Source: an uncultured Bordetella sp.
GTDB lineage: Bacteria; Pseudomonadota; Gammaproteobacteria; Burkholderiales; JACQAP01
Direction of reading: 5' to 3'
DNA: 41,141 bases
Assembly: GCA_964402495.1 (NCBI GenBank)
Contig: CAYODB010000006.1
Coordinates: 1-41,141 of the forward strand
The translations under genes and the position numbers were made by a program. The notes beneath the pieces are model-generated. The model ran no database searches. It was not told where the DNA came from and was given only the letters and a program-made list of their open reading frames with translations. Below, in pieces: positions 1 through 8,173 of this stretch. Positions within the stretch are counted from its first letter, which is position 1. The number at the start of each line of letters is the position of its first letter.

Positions 1-2120
1 AACGGGGCGCAGGCTTCGTCGGTCAACTGCTTGCTGGCGGACGCCATGGCGTCCGGAGCGACTTCGGCAGGCAATGCGCCGGACTTGCCGGTGGCGCGTT
101 CGGCGATGGCGTCGGGATCGATGGCCCGGAGCAGCGTGCCGGAGAGTTCGGACAACGATTTTCCGCCGGCGAGTGCGGCGAGCCGCTTCGCTTCGTCGCG
201 GGAGATTTCGCGGTCGAGCCGGGCGAGGCGTCCGGCCAGGGTTGTGAGGGTGTCTTCGTCACGCTTGCCCAGAGCCACGCCGAGCAGCAGTTTGTCGAAG
301 GCGACAGTGCGCTGGCGTTCAAGCGGGCGGGAGTCGGTCTTGTCGCTCTCGCACACGCCCACGGCATCGACGATGACGAAGTGGGTCTTGGCGCGGGCGT
401 CCGCACCGCTCACGGCTTGCAAGTCGGTGGGCGTGAGTGTCCGTGTGCCCCTGCCTTTCATCTGCTCGAAGTAGGTGCGGCTGCGGGTATCGCGCAGGAA
501 CAGCAGGCATTCGAGCGGCTTGATATCCGTGCCGGTGGCGATCATGTCCACGGTGACGGCGATGCGAAGCTGGGGCGAGGTGCGGAACTCCTGGATGAGC
601 GTCTCGGATTTCTCGTAGCGCCTGGTCTCGGGGTTGTAGGTCTTGTAGGTGATTTTCTTGGCGAAGTCGTTGCCCTTGCCGAACACCTCGCGGACGAGAT
701 GCACGGTATCCTCGGCGTGGGAGTCGTCCTTGCAGAAGATGAGGGTCTTGGGGACGAGCGTGCGGCCGGGAAACAGTTCGGTGAACAGCGCGTCCTTGAA
801 TGCCTGGAGCACGGTGCGGATCTGGGACTTCACCACCACCGAGCGGTCGAGGTCTTTTGCGGCATAGGCGAGGTCTTCGTCGAGACGCTGCCAGCGCACG
901 GCGCGGGTCTCCTTGCTGCGCCGGTCCACGTAGAAACCTTTCTCGACTTTTCCGCCCTGCTCCGTGACCTCGGTGCGGATGCGATAGACCTCGTAGCCGA
1001 CGTTGACGCCATCGGCGACGGCGCGTTCGTGGTTGTATTCCATCACCAGGTTCTGGTTGAAGAAGCCGATGGTCTGCTTCGATGGCGTGGCGGTGAGGCC
1101 GATGAGGAAGGCATCGAAGTATTCCAGCACCTGCCGCCAGAGGCCGTAGATGGACCGGTGGCATTCGTCCGTGACGATGAAGTCGAAGGCTTCGATGGGA
1201 ACGCGGGAGTTGTAGGCCACGTCCTTCGGGCGGTCGTCCGCCGTTGCCAGTTCGTAGCCGGATTTCTCTTCGAGGTCTTCGTCGAGTTCCTCGCTGCGCA
1301 GCATCGAGTAAAGGCGCTGGATGGTGCAGATGGTGACGCGGCACACGTCGTCCAGGTTGTTGGAGGTCAGATGCTGGACGTTGTAAACCTCGGTGAACTT
1401 GCGGCCGGTATCCGGTGCCACGAACTGCTGGAACTCGGCCATGGCCTGGCGGCCGAGATTGGCGCGATCCACCAGGAACAGCACGCGCTTTGCCCCGGCA
1501 TGCTTGATCAGCCGGTAGGTGAAGCTGCACGCGGTATAGGTCTTTCCCGCGCCGGTGGCCATCTGGATGAGCGCACGCGGGTGGGCGGCAGCGAAGGATG
1601 CTTCGAGATGGGTGATGCCCTCGATTTGGCAGTTGCGGAGGTTTTGCGCCGTCAGCGGATGCGCGGTCGGCAGTGCCGCAAGGCGGGCACGCAGGGTCTC
1701 GGGTTCAGTCAACCAGGCAGCGAGCGTTTCAGGCCGATGGAACGAGAACACCCGGCGGGAACGAGCCGCGGGATCGCGTTCGTCCCGGAAGAAGGTCTCG
1801 ACGCCGGTGGATTCATAGAGAAACGGCAGCGTGCCAGCCAGAACGGACTGAATGAAATCCGGCAGGTTCACCGCGTAATGGGCGGATTGCTCGGCGACAC
1901 CCGACAGGAGCGTGCCTTCCTTCTTGGCCTCGATGACGCCCGCGGCTTTGCGATCCACGAGCAGTAGATAGTCGCAGGTGCCGGATTTCAGCGGCGCTTC
2001 GCGCAGCGCGATGCCGCGCCCGGCGGAAGGGTTGAATTGCTTGTAATCCTGAACGATCCAGCCGCACGCAGCGAGCTGCGCGTCGATCTGACGGCGGGCA
2101 AGTTTTTCGGGCTCGGCCAA
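1..2120 (-). CDS. hsdR: Type I restriction-modification restriction subunit (SF2 helicase/nuclease); 3' end runs off the window
   Basis: Absent from the ORF track, presumably because there is no stop in the window. Manual translation from TTG 2120 (GGGGAG upstream): MAEPEKLARRQIDAQL...CDYLLLVDRKAAGVIEAKKEG (PD-(D/E)xK-type nuclease), ALIQMATGAGKT (Walker A, ~1560), FIVTDECHRSIY (~1165), GLTATP, VDMIATGTD, FEQMKGRGTR. Frame checked at several of these motifs. Confidence 0.93.
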   Translation of the reverse strand, partial: MAEPEKLARRQIDAQLAACGWIVQDYKQFNPSAGRGIALREAPLKSGTCDYLLLVDRKAAGVIEAKKEGTLLSGVAEQSAHYAVNLPDFIQSVLAGTLPFLYESTGVETFFRDERDPAARSRRVFSFHRPETLAAWLTEPETLRARLAALPTAHPLTAQNLRNCQIEGITHLEASFAAAHPRALIQMATGAGKTYTACSFTYRLIKHAGAKRVLFLVDRANLGRQAMAEFQQFVAPDTGRKFTEVYNVQHLTSNNLDDVCRVTICTIQRLYSMLRSEELDEDLEEKSGYELATADDRPKDVAYNSRVPIEAFDFIVTDECHRSIYGLWRQVLEYFDAFLIGLTATPSKQTIGFFNQNLVMEYNHERAVADGVNVGYEVYRIRTEVTEQGGKVEKGFYVDRRSKETRAVRWQRLDEDLAYAAKDLDRSVVVKSQIRTVLQAFKDALFTELFPGRTLVPKTLIFCKDDSHAEDTVHLVREVFGKGNDFAKKITYKTYNPETRRYEKSETLIQEFRTSPQLRIAVTVDMIATGTDIKPLECLLFLRDTRSRTYFEQMKGRGTRTLTPTDLQAVSGADARAKTHFVIVDAVGVCESDKTDSRPLERQRTVAFDKLLLGVALGKRDEDTLTTLAGRLARLDREISRDEAKRLAALAGGKSLSELSGTLLRAIDPDAIAERATGKSGALPAEVAPDAMASASKQLTDEACAP

Positions 2121-2256
2121 CGCTGCACTCCCCTGTGCGTATGCCACACTGAATCCGGCTGGAAAAGTCTGTTTTTCTACCGCATCTGCACGTCAGTCCG
2201 GCCACGCCCCCGCCGGCCGCTGCGCACCGATACTCCCTCATTCGTCGTCGGGAGCA

Positions 2257-2670
2257 TCATTTTTTCCCGGGGCGATGCAGCTTGATGCCGAGAGTCCCGC
2301 TGTAAGCGTCGAAATCCTTGTCGGCGGTAAAGATCGGCATCCCCCGCAAATGGCCGACAGCACACAACAGGAAATCCGTGTTCGAACCCTGCACGCCCCG
2401 GGCGCGGCACTCATTGAAGAAGCGGGCGGCCGTCTCGAAATCCGCGGATTCCAGGCGCAGGTCGGGAAAGGCCCGCAGCTTTTCCCTCAGGGCGAGATAC
2501 TGCCCTTCCTCGCGAATGCCGGAAAGCAGTTCCTGCCGGATCGGACCGATCATGGCCACCTCGAAGCCGGCAATCAATCGGGCGAGTTCCCCGACGACAG
2601 CCGCTTCCCGTTCCGGCTGGCGCCGCCGCAGCGCCAGCGACCAGACGGAAGTATCGATCAGTACCTTCAC
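2257..2670 (-). CDS. vapC: PIN-domain VapC toxin (type II TA)
   Basis: 137 aa, MKVLIDTSVW start, acidic PIN residues (QELLSG, TDFLLC, TADKDF); overlaps the upstream antitoxin by 4 nt. Confidence 0.92.
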   Translation of the reverse strand: MKVLIDTSVWSLALRRRQPEREAAVVGELARLIAGFEVAMIGPIRQELLSGIREEGQYLALREKLRAFPDLRLESADFETAARFFNECRARGVQGSNTDFLLCAVGHLRGMPIFTADKDFDAYSGTLGIKLHRPGKK

Positions 2671-2867
2671 GCAACCTTGCGCTGCTTCTTGTAGTCGTAC
2701 CTGGGGTCGTAATCTATCCTGCCGAATTCAGAAACGATCGCCTGCTGCCTGAGCCACTGGACATACTCTTCCAGCGCGCGGCTGACAGCCTCGCGTTTGG
2801 TCTTGTGTCCGCCCAGCTTGCGCGCCGTCTCGATGAGCTTGTCATCCAGGTCCAGGTTGGTAGCCAT
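2667..2867 (-). CDS. vapB: VapB-type antitoxin (ribbon-helix-helix-like)
   Basis: 66 aa MATNLDLDDKLIETARKLGGHKTKREAVSRALEEY, typical antitoxin directly upstream of the PIN toxin; AGGAG RBS. Confidence 0.9.
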   Translation of the reverse strand: MATNLDLDDKLIETARKLGGHKTKREAVSRALEEYVQWLRQQAIVSEFGRIDYDPRYDYKKQRKVA

Positions 2868-2898
2868 CTGCCCGTCTCCTTTTGCACTTACGCGACTA

Positions 2899-2922
2899 TT
2901 CTACACAGGCTTCTGTGTAGAA
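2899..2922. promoter_or_regulatory. Palindromic operator, probably for VapBC autorepression
   Basis: Perfect 10-bp inverted repeat TTCTACACAG-gctt-CTGTGTAGAA about 30 bp upstream of vapB. Confidence 0.65.
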
Positions 2923-3060
2923 AAATGACGGGGCGGCGCTTTTTTCTAGGCTTCGCTTCGATTGCGCGATCTACCGTTGCGACCAGGTAGCGGCCTGAGG
3001 CGTCCGCGTTTCTTCACAGTACGCAGCACTGCTTCCACCCATCACGACCTTTCGCCTTGC

Positions 3061-3165
3061 CTCCGCGCAATTCTCCGCGTCCTAAAAGGGCACTCCGACG
3101 TGCTGCGCACGTAGGGTATCTGCGCCCCCCTCAAGGGGGTCTTGTGAGGAATCCTCTGCGGTGAG
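3061..3165. repeat. Orphan right arm of the CRCRRAG inverted-repeat family, carrying two micro-insertions
   Basis: Removing 3083-3118 and 3125-3151 restores ctccgcgtcctctgcgtcctctgcggtgag, which matches the arms at 29581-29722. Confidence 0.7.
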
Positions 3166-3193
3166 TGCGTCTTTGTTCTTGAGATCCCCCCCC

Positions 3194-3217
3194 AAAAAAA
3201 ACGCCCGCAAGCGGGCG
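3194..3217 (-). terminator. Intrinsic terminator of the ABC-amidohydrolase operon
   Basis: On the minus strand, CGCCCGC-TT-GCGGGCG followed by T8. Confidence 0.8.
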
Positions 3218-3266
3218 CCCATCCTCCCTGAGAAGAAGGTTTGTTGTTTTTTCTTTTTGTTATCTC

Positions 3267-4541
3267 TTACGCGATCTGCCGCTGCGACTGGCTGGCGACC
3301 TGCGGTTCCTTGTGGAACTGGCCGTCCTTCATGATCATCAACAACTTGCTGGCGTCCTGCAGCAGCTTGACGTTGGCGACCGGGTTGCCGTCGACCAGGA
3401 TCATGTCGGCGAGGAAGCCCGGCTTGACCTGGCCCAGTTCGTTGCCCATCTTCATGATTTCGCCGCCGAGCCTGGTAGCCGACAGGATGGCATCCATCGG
3501 CGAAAAGCCCAGCAGGTTCACGAAGTGCTCGATGTCGCGCGCATTGGTGCCGATCGGGTTCCAGGCAAAGCCGTAGTCGCCGCCCGGCAGGATGCGCACG
3601 CCGCGCTTCTTCAGTTCCTTCATGTTTTTGATGCCGATGTCGAGCTCGATGCGCATACCCATGCTCTCGGCCACTTGCGTGGTAATGCCCCACTTCGCCG
3701 CTTCGTTAAGCGTGGTGTAGTTGATGCCGAGTGTCGGCGCCACGAAACACCAGTCCTTCGCCGCTTCCAGCGCATCACAGGCCTCTTCGTCCACCAGCGT
3801 GGCGTGATAGATCACTGCGACGCCATGCTTCAGGCAGAGCTTCACCGATTCCGCGCTGCGGGCATGCGCCGCCATGCGCCTGCCGTGCGCGTGGCCGACA
3901 TCGCAGACCGCGGCGATCTCGGCTTCGGTCATCACGGTCTGGTGCGCGCGCGCATGCGGAATGAATTCGTCGCCCGACGGATTGATCTTCAGCGTATCCA
4001 CGCCCTCGCGCACCATCAGGCGCGACATCTTGCGGAACTCTTCAGGACCGTCGCAAATGACCGCAAAGGTTTCGCGGTGCATATGCATCATGCGCACGTC
4101 GCCCAAACCCGAGGTCACCGTCATCTCCGGGCTGGCCGCCAGGGTGCGCGGTCCGGGGAAGTCGCCGGCATTGATCGCGTTTCGCAGCACCACATCGAGC
4201 CGGGGCTTGGCGGAGGCTGCGCTGTTGCAGGCCGTGAAGCCCTGGTCGAGCATTTTCTTCGCGTTCAGCACCGTGCGCAGCATGTGTTCCTCGGGCGGCA
4301 CGAAGCCGAGACCCTCGAGATCCGGCGTATCCAGAAAGGTAATGTGCGAATGCGATTCGACCAGGCCGGGCATCAGCGTCGCCCCGCCGCCATCGACCAC
4401 CTTGGCACCCTCGGTCGGGATCGCCGAGCCTTGCGGCGCAACGGCCTTGATGCGGTTGCCTTCCACCAGCACCTGCCCCGCAAACGGCGGAGCGCCCGTG
4501 CAGTCCAGCACATTGACGTTCTTGAACAGAATCTTAGCCAT
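3267..4541 (-). CDS. Metal-dependent amidohydrolase (COG1228, prolidase/imidazolonepropionase-like), paralog 1
   Basis: MPGLVESHSH (HxH), LKIN, AAHAR, IYHAT, GGDYG, G+VKPGFLADMILVDGNP; overlaps the upstream ATPase gene by 8 nt. Confidence 0.9.
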   Translation of the reverse strand: MAKILFKNVNVLDCTGAPPFAGQVLVEGNRIKAVAPQGSAIPTEGAKVVDGGGATLMPGLVESHSHITFLDTPDLEGLGFVPPEEHMLRTVLNAKKMLDQGFTACNSAASAKPRLDVVLRNAINAGDFPGPRTLAASPEMTVTSGLGDVRMMHMHRETFAVICDGPEEFRKMSRLMVREGVDTLKINPSGDEFIPHARAHQTVMTEAEIAAVCDVGHAHGRRMAAHARSAESVKLCLKHGVAVIYHATLVDEEACDALEAAKDWCFVAPTLGINYTTLNEAAKWGITTQVAESMGMRIELDIGIKNMKELKKRGVRILPGGDYGFAWNPIGTNARDIEHFVNLLGFSPMDAILSATRLGGEIMKMGNELGQVKPGFLADMILVDGNPVANVKLLQDASKLLMIMKDGQFHKEPQVASQSQRQIA

Positions 4542-5634
4542 TTCCTTCCTCCTCGCCGTAATACAAGTTTGCGCCGCTTGCCGAATTGAAAAAATGCAGC
4601 TTTTCCTGCTTGAATGAAAACCGAACCACCGTATCGATGCCCAGTTCGAGCCGGGCTGGCACGGTAGCTTTGATCAGGCACTCCCCTGCCCGAAGGGTGA
4701 CCACCTTCTCCACGCCCTGATTCTCCACCCCATGAACCCGGGCTTCAATAGCTTCGTTCGCTCCGACCGCGATATCCTCCGAGCGGATCCCCAGGGTCGC
4801 CGGTCCCGAGAGCCTGGCGGCCTTGCCGCCCGCGGCCCGGTCCACAGGTACTTCGAAAACGCCCGGGACGATGATCGCCCGACCGCCACTGACATTGGCC
4901 GGCAGCAGGTTCATGGCGGGCGAGCCCACGAAGGTCGCCACAAACGTATCGTGCGGCTGGTTGTAGATCTGCTGTGGGGTGCCCACCTGGATGATATGGC
5001 CCTGGTTGAGAACGCCGACCTTGTCGCCCATGGACATGGCTTCGACCTGATCGTGGGTGACATACAGAAAAGTCGCCCCGAGCTTCATCTGCAGGTCCTT
5101 GAGCTCCGAACGCAGGAGTTCGCGCAGCTTGGCGTCCAGGTTGGACAGGGGTTCATCCATCAGGAATACGCGCGGTTCCCGGACAATGGCGCGACCGATG
5201 GAAACACGCTGCATCTCGCCGCCGGACAAGCGGTCGGTCTTGCGTTCCATCAGGTGTTCGATGCGCAGGGTCTTCGCCGCTTTCGCCACGCGCTGGTCCA
5301 TCTCCTGCTGCGACATCCGCCTCACTTTGGACTTGAGGGGAAACTCCAGGTTCTGTTTCACCGTGTAATGCGGATACAGCGAGTAATACTGGAACACCAG
5401 CGCCACGTCGCGTTCGGCGGCGCTCCAGTCCTTCACGTCCTGTTCGGCAATCGAAATGCTGCCGCTGTTCGGGCTGTCCAGGCCCGCGATCAGTCGCAGG
5501 GTGGTGGTCTTGCCCGCGCCGGTCGGGCCGAGCAGCACGAAGAACTCGCCGTTGGCGATGTCGAGGTCGAGGTTGTTCAGCGCCGCATGGCTGCCGTACT
5601 TTTTGGTGACGTTATCGAGTCTGACGCTGGCCAT
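4534..5634 (-). CDS. CUT1 (MalK-like) ABC transporter ATP-binding protein
   Basis: GPTGAGKTT, LSGGEMQR, LMDEPLSNLD, YVTHDQVEA, C-terminal TOBE-like region. Confidence 0.95.
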   Translation of the reverse strand: MASVRLDNVTKKYGSHAALNNLDLDIANGEFFVLLGPTGAGKTTTLRLIAGLDSPNSGSISIAEQDVKDWSAAERDVALVFQYYSLYPHYTVKQNLEFPLKSKVRRMSQQEMDQRVAKAAKTLRIEHLMERKTDRLSGGEMQRVSIGRAIVREPRVFLMDEPLSNLDAKLRELLRSELKDLQMKLGATFLYVTHDQVEAMSMGDKVGVLNQGHIIQVGTPQQIYNQPHDTFVATFVGSPAMNLLPANVSGGRAIIVPGVFEVPVDRAAGGKAARLSGPATLGIRSEDIAVGANEAIEARVHGVENQGVEKVVTLRAGECLIKATVPARLELGIDTVVRFSFKQEKLHFFNSASGANLYYGEEEGNG

Positions 5635-5639
5635 GGCCT

Positions 5640-5745
5640 AGCCCGCATTTCTCGCAGGGGCGCGAGATGATGGCGTGTGCAGCGACACTCCTGATTCAGT
5701 CGGATGCGGTTGCATAGGGGGGAGGTCCTGTGAGAAATGCGGGCT
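5640..5745. mobile_element. 106-bp MITE-like element or internally deleted IS remnant
   Basis: 19-bp terminal inverted repeats AGCCCGCATTTCTC(G/A)CAGG (18/19 match) span essentially the whole gap between the two ATPase genes; no transposase. Confidence 0.6.
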
Positions 5746-6854
5746 CATAGCCTGATGTGCAGCGACTCGCCGGTACGGGTGCTGAAGAAATGGGTTTGGG
5801 TTTCGTCCAGCCGGGCCCACACCACGTCCCCGGCGTTCGCCACGTAGCCGGACGGCGTGCGCGCGCGCAGCATCTGCCTGCCGAACTTGAGGTCCACGAT
5901 GTCGTAAGGCCCCAGGGGTTCGATAATGTGTGCCTCGACGGGGACATAACCGCTGGTCTGGGAGCGAGCGACGAGAATACCCTCCGGACGGATGCCCACG
6001 GCCAGTTCGTCCTCCGAATGTTTTTTGCCGACGATCATGGCGTGCAACTTCTGCGGAAACGGCAGGGTCGCGTCGTTGTCGCCGAGCACTACCTGGGTGC
6101 CGTTGTCCGCCGGCCGCACCACCCCGCTGACCACGTTCATGATCGGGCTGCCAATGAACTGGGCGACGAACAGGTTGGCCGGATGCTGGTAGACCTCGGT
6201 AGGCGTTCCCACCTGCTGCAGGATGCCTTCGTTCATGATCGCGATCCTGTCGGCCATGGACATGGCCTCCACCTGGTCGTGGGTCACGTACACGGTCGTC
6301 GCCTCGTTCTCGATGTGCAGGCGCTTGAGTTCCGTGCGCATTTCCTCGCGCAGCTTGGCATCCAGCGCACCGATCGGCTCGTCCATCAACAGCGCCTTGG
6401 GCCGGCGCACCAGCGCCCGCCCAATTGCGACCCGCTGCAGGTCGCCGCCGGACAGCGCGCCGGGGCGTTTGTTGAGCAGGTGCTCAATCTTCAGCGCCTT
6501 CGCCGCTTCGCGAACACGCCGGTCAATGGTCTCCTTCGACTCGTTGGTGGCGCGCAACGGAAAAGCGATGTTCTCGTAAGAGGTCAGGTGCGGATACAGC
6601 GCATAGAGCTGGAATACGAATGCGATGTCGCGGTCCGCGGCTTGCAGGGCCTGAACCGGCTTGCCGTCGATCAGTATGTCACCCGTATCGATATCTTCCA
6701 GGCCGGCAATGGCGCGTAACGTCGTGGTCTTGCCGCAGCCGGACGGCCCCAGCAGCACCACGAACTCGCGATGCCTGATCTCCAGGTTGAGCTTCCTGAT
6801 GATGTAGTTGTCGCCGAAGTATTTTTCGACGTCTTTGAGGACGATGTCGGCCAT
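5745..6854 (-). CDS. CUT1 (MalK-like) ABC transporter ATP-binding protein
   Basis: GPSGCGKTT, LSGGDLQR, LMDEPIGALD, YVTHDQVEA. Confidence 0.95.
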   Translation of the reverse strand: MADIVLKDVEKYFGDNYIIRKLNLEIRHREFVVLLGPSGCGKTTTLRAIAGLEDIDTGDILIDGKPVQALQAADRDIAFVFQLYALYPHLTSYENIAFPLRATNESKETIDRRVREAAKALKIEHLLNKRPGALSGGDLQRVAIGRALVRRPKALLMDEPIGALDAKLREEMRTELKRLHIENEATTVYVTHDQVEAMSMADRIAIMNEGILQQVGTPTEVYQHPANLFVAQFIGSPIMNVVSGVVRPADNGTQVVLGDNDATLPFPQKLHAMIVGKKHSEDELAVGIRPEGILVARSQTSGYVPVEAHIIEPLGPYDIVDLKFGRQMLRARTPSGYVANAGDVVWARLDETQTHFFSTRTGESLHIRL

Positions 6855-6861
6855 GTGAGGC

Positions 6862-6917
6862 GGTGATTGGTGAACAGTGAACAGTGAACGGCGATTAGTG
6901 ATTGGTGATTGGTGACT
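6862..6917. repeat. Tandem array of eight degenerate heptamers (RGYGAHY)
   Basis: ggtgatt ggtgaac agtgaac agtgaac ggcgatt agtgatt ggtgatt ggtgact. Confidence 0.8.
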
Positions 6918-7113
6918 GGGGCTCGCGGTCTTCCTTCGGAAGCGGCTTGATCTTGGAGAACACCGAGAATCCGATCAGGCCCGCGAGGGTGATAGTCACG
7001 CCATAGCGGTGCAGCACCTCGATCCAGGGCTGGCACAGCGCCACGATGCCGAAAACCATGGTGTACATGGACAGCGGTTCCAGAATCTTTGCGCTCAGCT
7101 CTCTGAATGTCAT
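6895..7113 (-). CDS. Small two-helix membrane protein within the ABC operon
   Basis: MTFRELSAKILEPLSMYTMVFGIVALCQPW...GVTITLAGLIGFSVFSKI; two hydrophobic segments, co-oriented between permease and ATPase; start uncertain (7113 or 7140). Confidence 0.65.
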   Translation of the reverse strand: MTFRELSAKILEPLSMYTMVFGIVALCQPWIEVLHRYGVTITLAGLIGFSVFSKIKPLPKEDREPQSPITNH

Positions 7114-7180
7114 CGTTAGTGTCCCGGTTTTGCTTTCCAATTCAGGGCCGAGCTACGAGGCCGCGGTTCGAGTCTCCGTT

Positions 7181-7215
7181 CCCCTCGCCCCTCGTCCCTC
7201 GTCCCTCGCCCCTAC
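7181..7215. repeat. Tandem heptamer array (YCCCTCG x4-5)
   Basis: cccctcg cccctcg tccctcg tccctcg cccctac, abutting the permease stop codon. Confidence 0.75.
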
Positions 7216-8171
7216 TTTCTGATCGCCCCAAAGGTGACGCCCCTCAGCAAATGCTTACGCAGCAGGAAGGTAAACACCGCCACCGGCACCAAAAACAGGA
7301 AGGTGCCCGCCGCGATTACGGTCCAGTCGGTCACGCCGGACCCCAGTTGCGACGGAATGTACGGCGGCGCGGTCTGCGCGCGGGAGTTGGTCATCATCAG
7401 CGCGAAGGCGTATTCGTTCCAGGCCGTGATGAAGCAGAACACCGCGGTCGCCGCGATGCCGGTTGCCGCCTGCGGCAGGACGATCTTGAAGAAGGCCTGC
7501 ATGCGGGTGTAGCCATCCACCAGCGCCGCTTCCTCGTACTCGATCGGGATTTCGTCGATGAAGCCCTTCATCAACCACACCGAGAACGACAGGTTGAATG
7601 CCGTGTAGAGAATGATCAGCCCGATGTGCGTGTCGACCAGCCCGACGGTGCGGTACATCAGGAACATCGGGATGGCGACCACCACCGGCGGCAGCATGCG
7701 CGTGGAAAGGATGAAGAACAGCCAGTCCTGCTCGCCAGGCATTTTGAAACGCGAGAATCCATAAGCCGTGAGCGTGCCCATGGCCACGGCGAGGAACGTG
7801 CTGGTGACCGCGATGATGATGCTGTTGAGGAAACGGCTCAGGTAGCCGGAGCTTTCGAGCTTTCCATCGGCATCCTTGATGATGCGCTCGCCGGCATCGT
7901 AGACGCGCTTTTCGTACCAGGGTGCCTTCTCGTAGACTTCCGGTTCGACCTCGCCGCGCATCTGCACGCGTGCCGTAAACAACTTCACGAATGCGGTAAG
8001 TTCCGGTTCGAAGAGGACGGTTGGCGGAACGGTGGTGGCAAGGCTCCTCGGCTTGAATGCGGTCGAGCTGATCCAGTACAGCGGCAGCAGATAGATGATC
8101 AATACCAGGAATACCAACGCGACCAGCATCCGGTTCCAGAGGCGATTTCCTTTCGACGTGACGGTTGCCAT
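7212..8171 (-). CDS. Carbohydrate ABC transporter permease (MalG-like)
   Basis: Start MATVTSKG at 8171, 2 nt after the upstream stop; EAA loop EYEEAALVDG, FITAWNEY. Confidence 0.93.
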   Translation of the reverse strand: MATVTSKGNRLWNRMLVALVFLVLIIYLLPLYWISSTAFKPRSLATTVPPTVLFEPELTAFVKLFTARVQMRGEVEPEVYEKAPWYEKRVYDAGERIIKDADGKLESSGYLSRFLNSIIIAVTSTFLAVAMGTLTAYGFSRFKMPGEQDWLFFILSTRMLPPVVVAIPMFLMYRTVGLVDTHIGLIILYTAFNLSFSVWLMKGFIDEIPIEYEEAALVDGYTRMQAFFKIVLPQAATGIAATAVFCFITAWNEYAFALMMTNSRAQTAPPYIPSQLGSGVTDWTVIAAGTFLFLVPVAVFTFLLRKHLLRGVTFGAIRK

Positions 8172-8173
8172 TG

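Noticed and set aside
319-1967. Long track ORFs 319-1530 (-) and 381-1967 (+), and similar antisense ORFs throughout the window
   Set aside because: Alternative-frame shadows of hsdR and other GC-rich genes, with no protein motifs.
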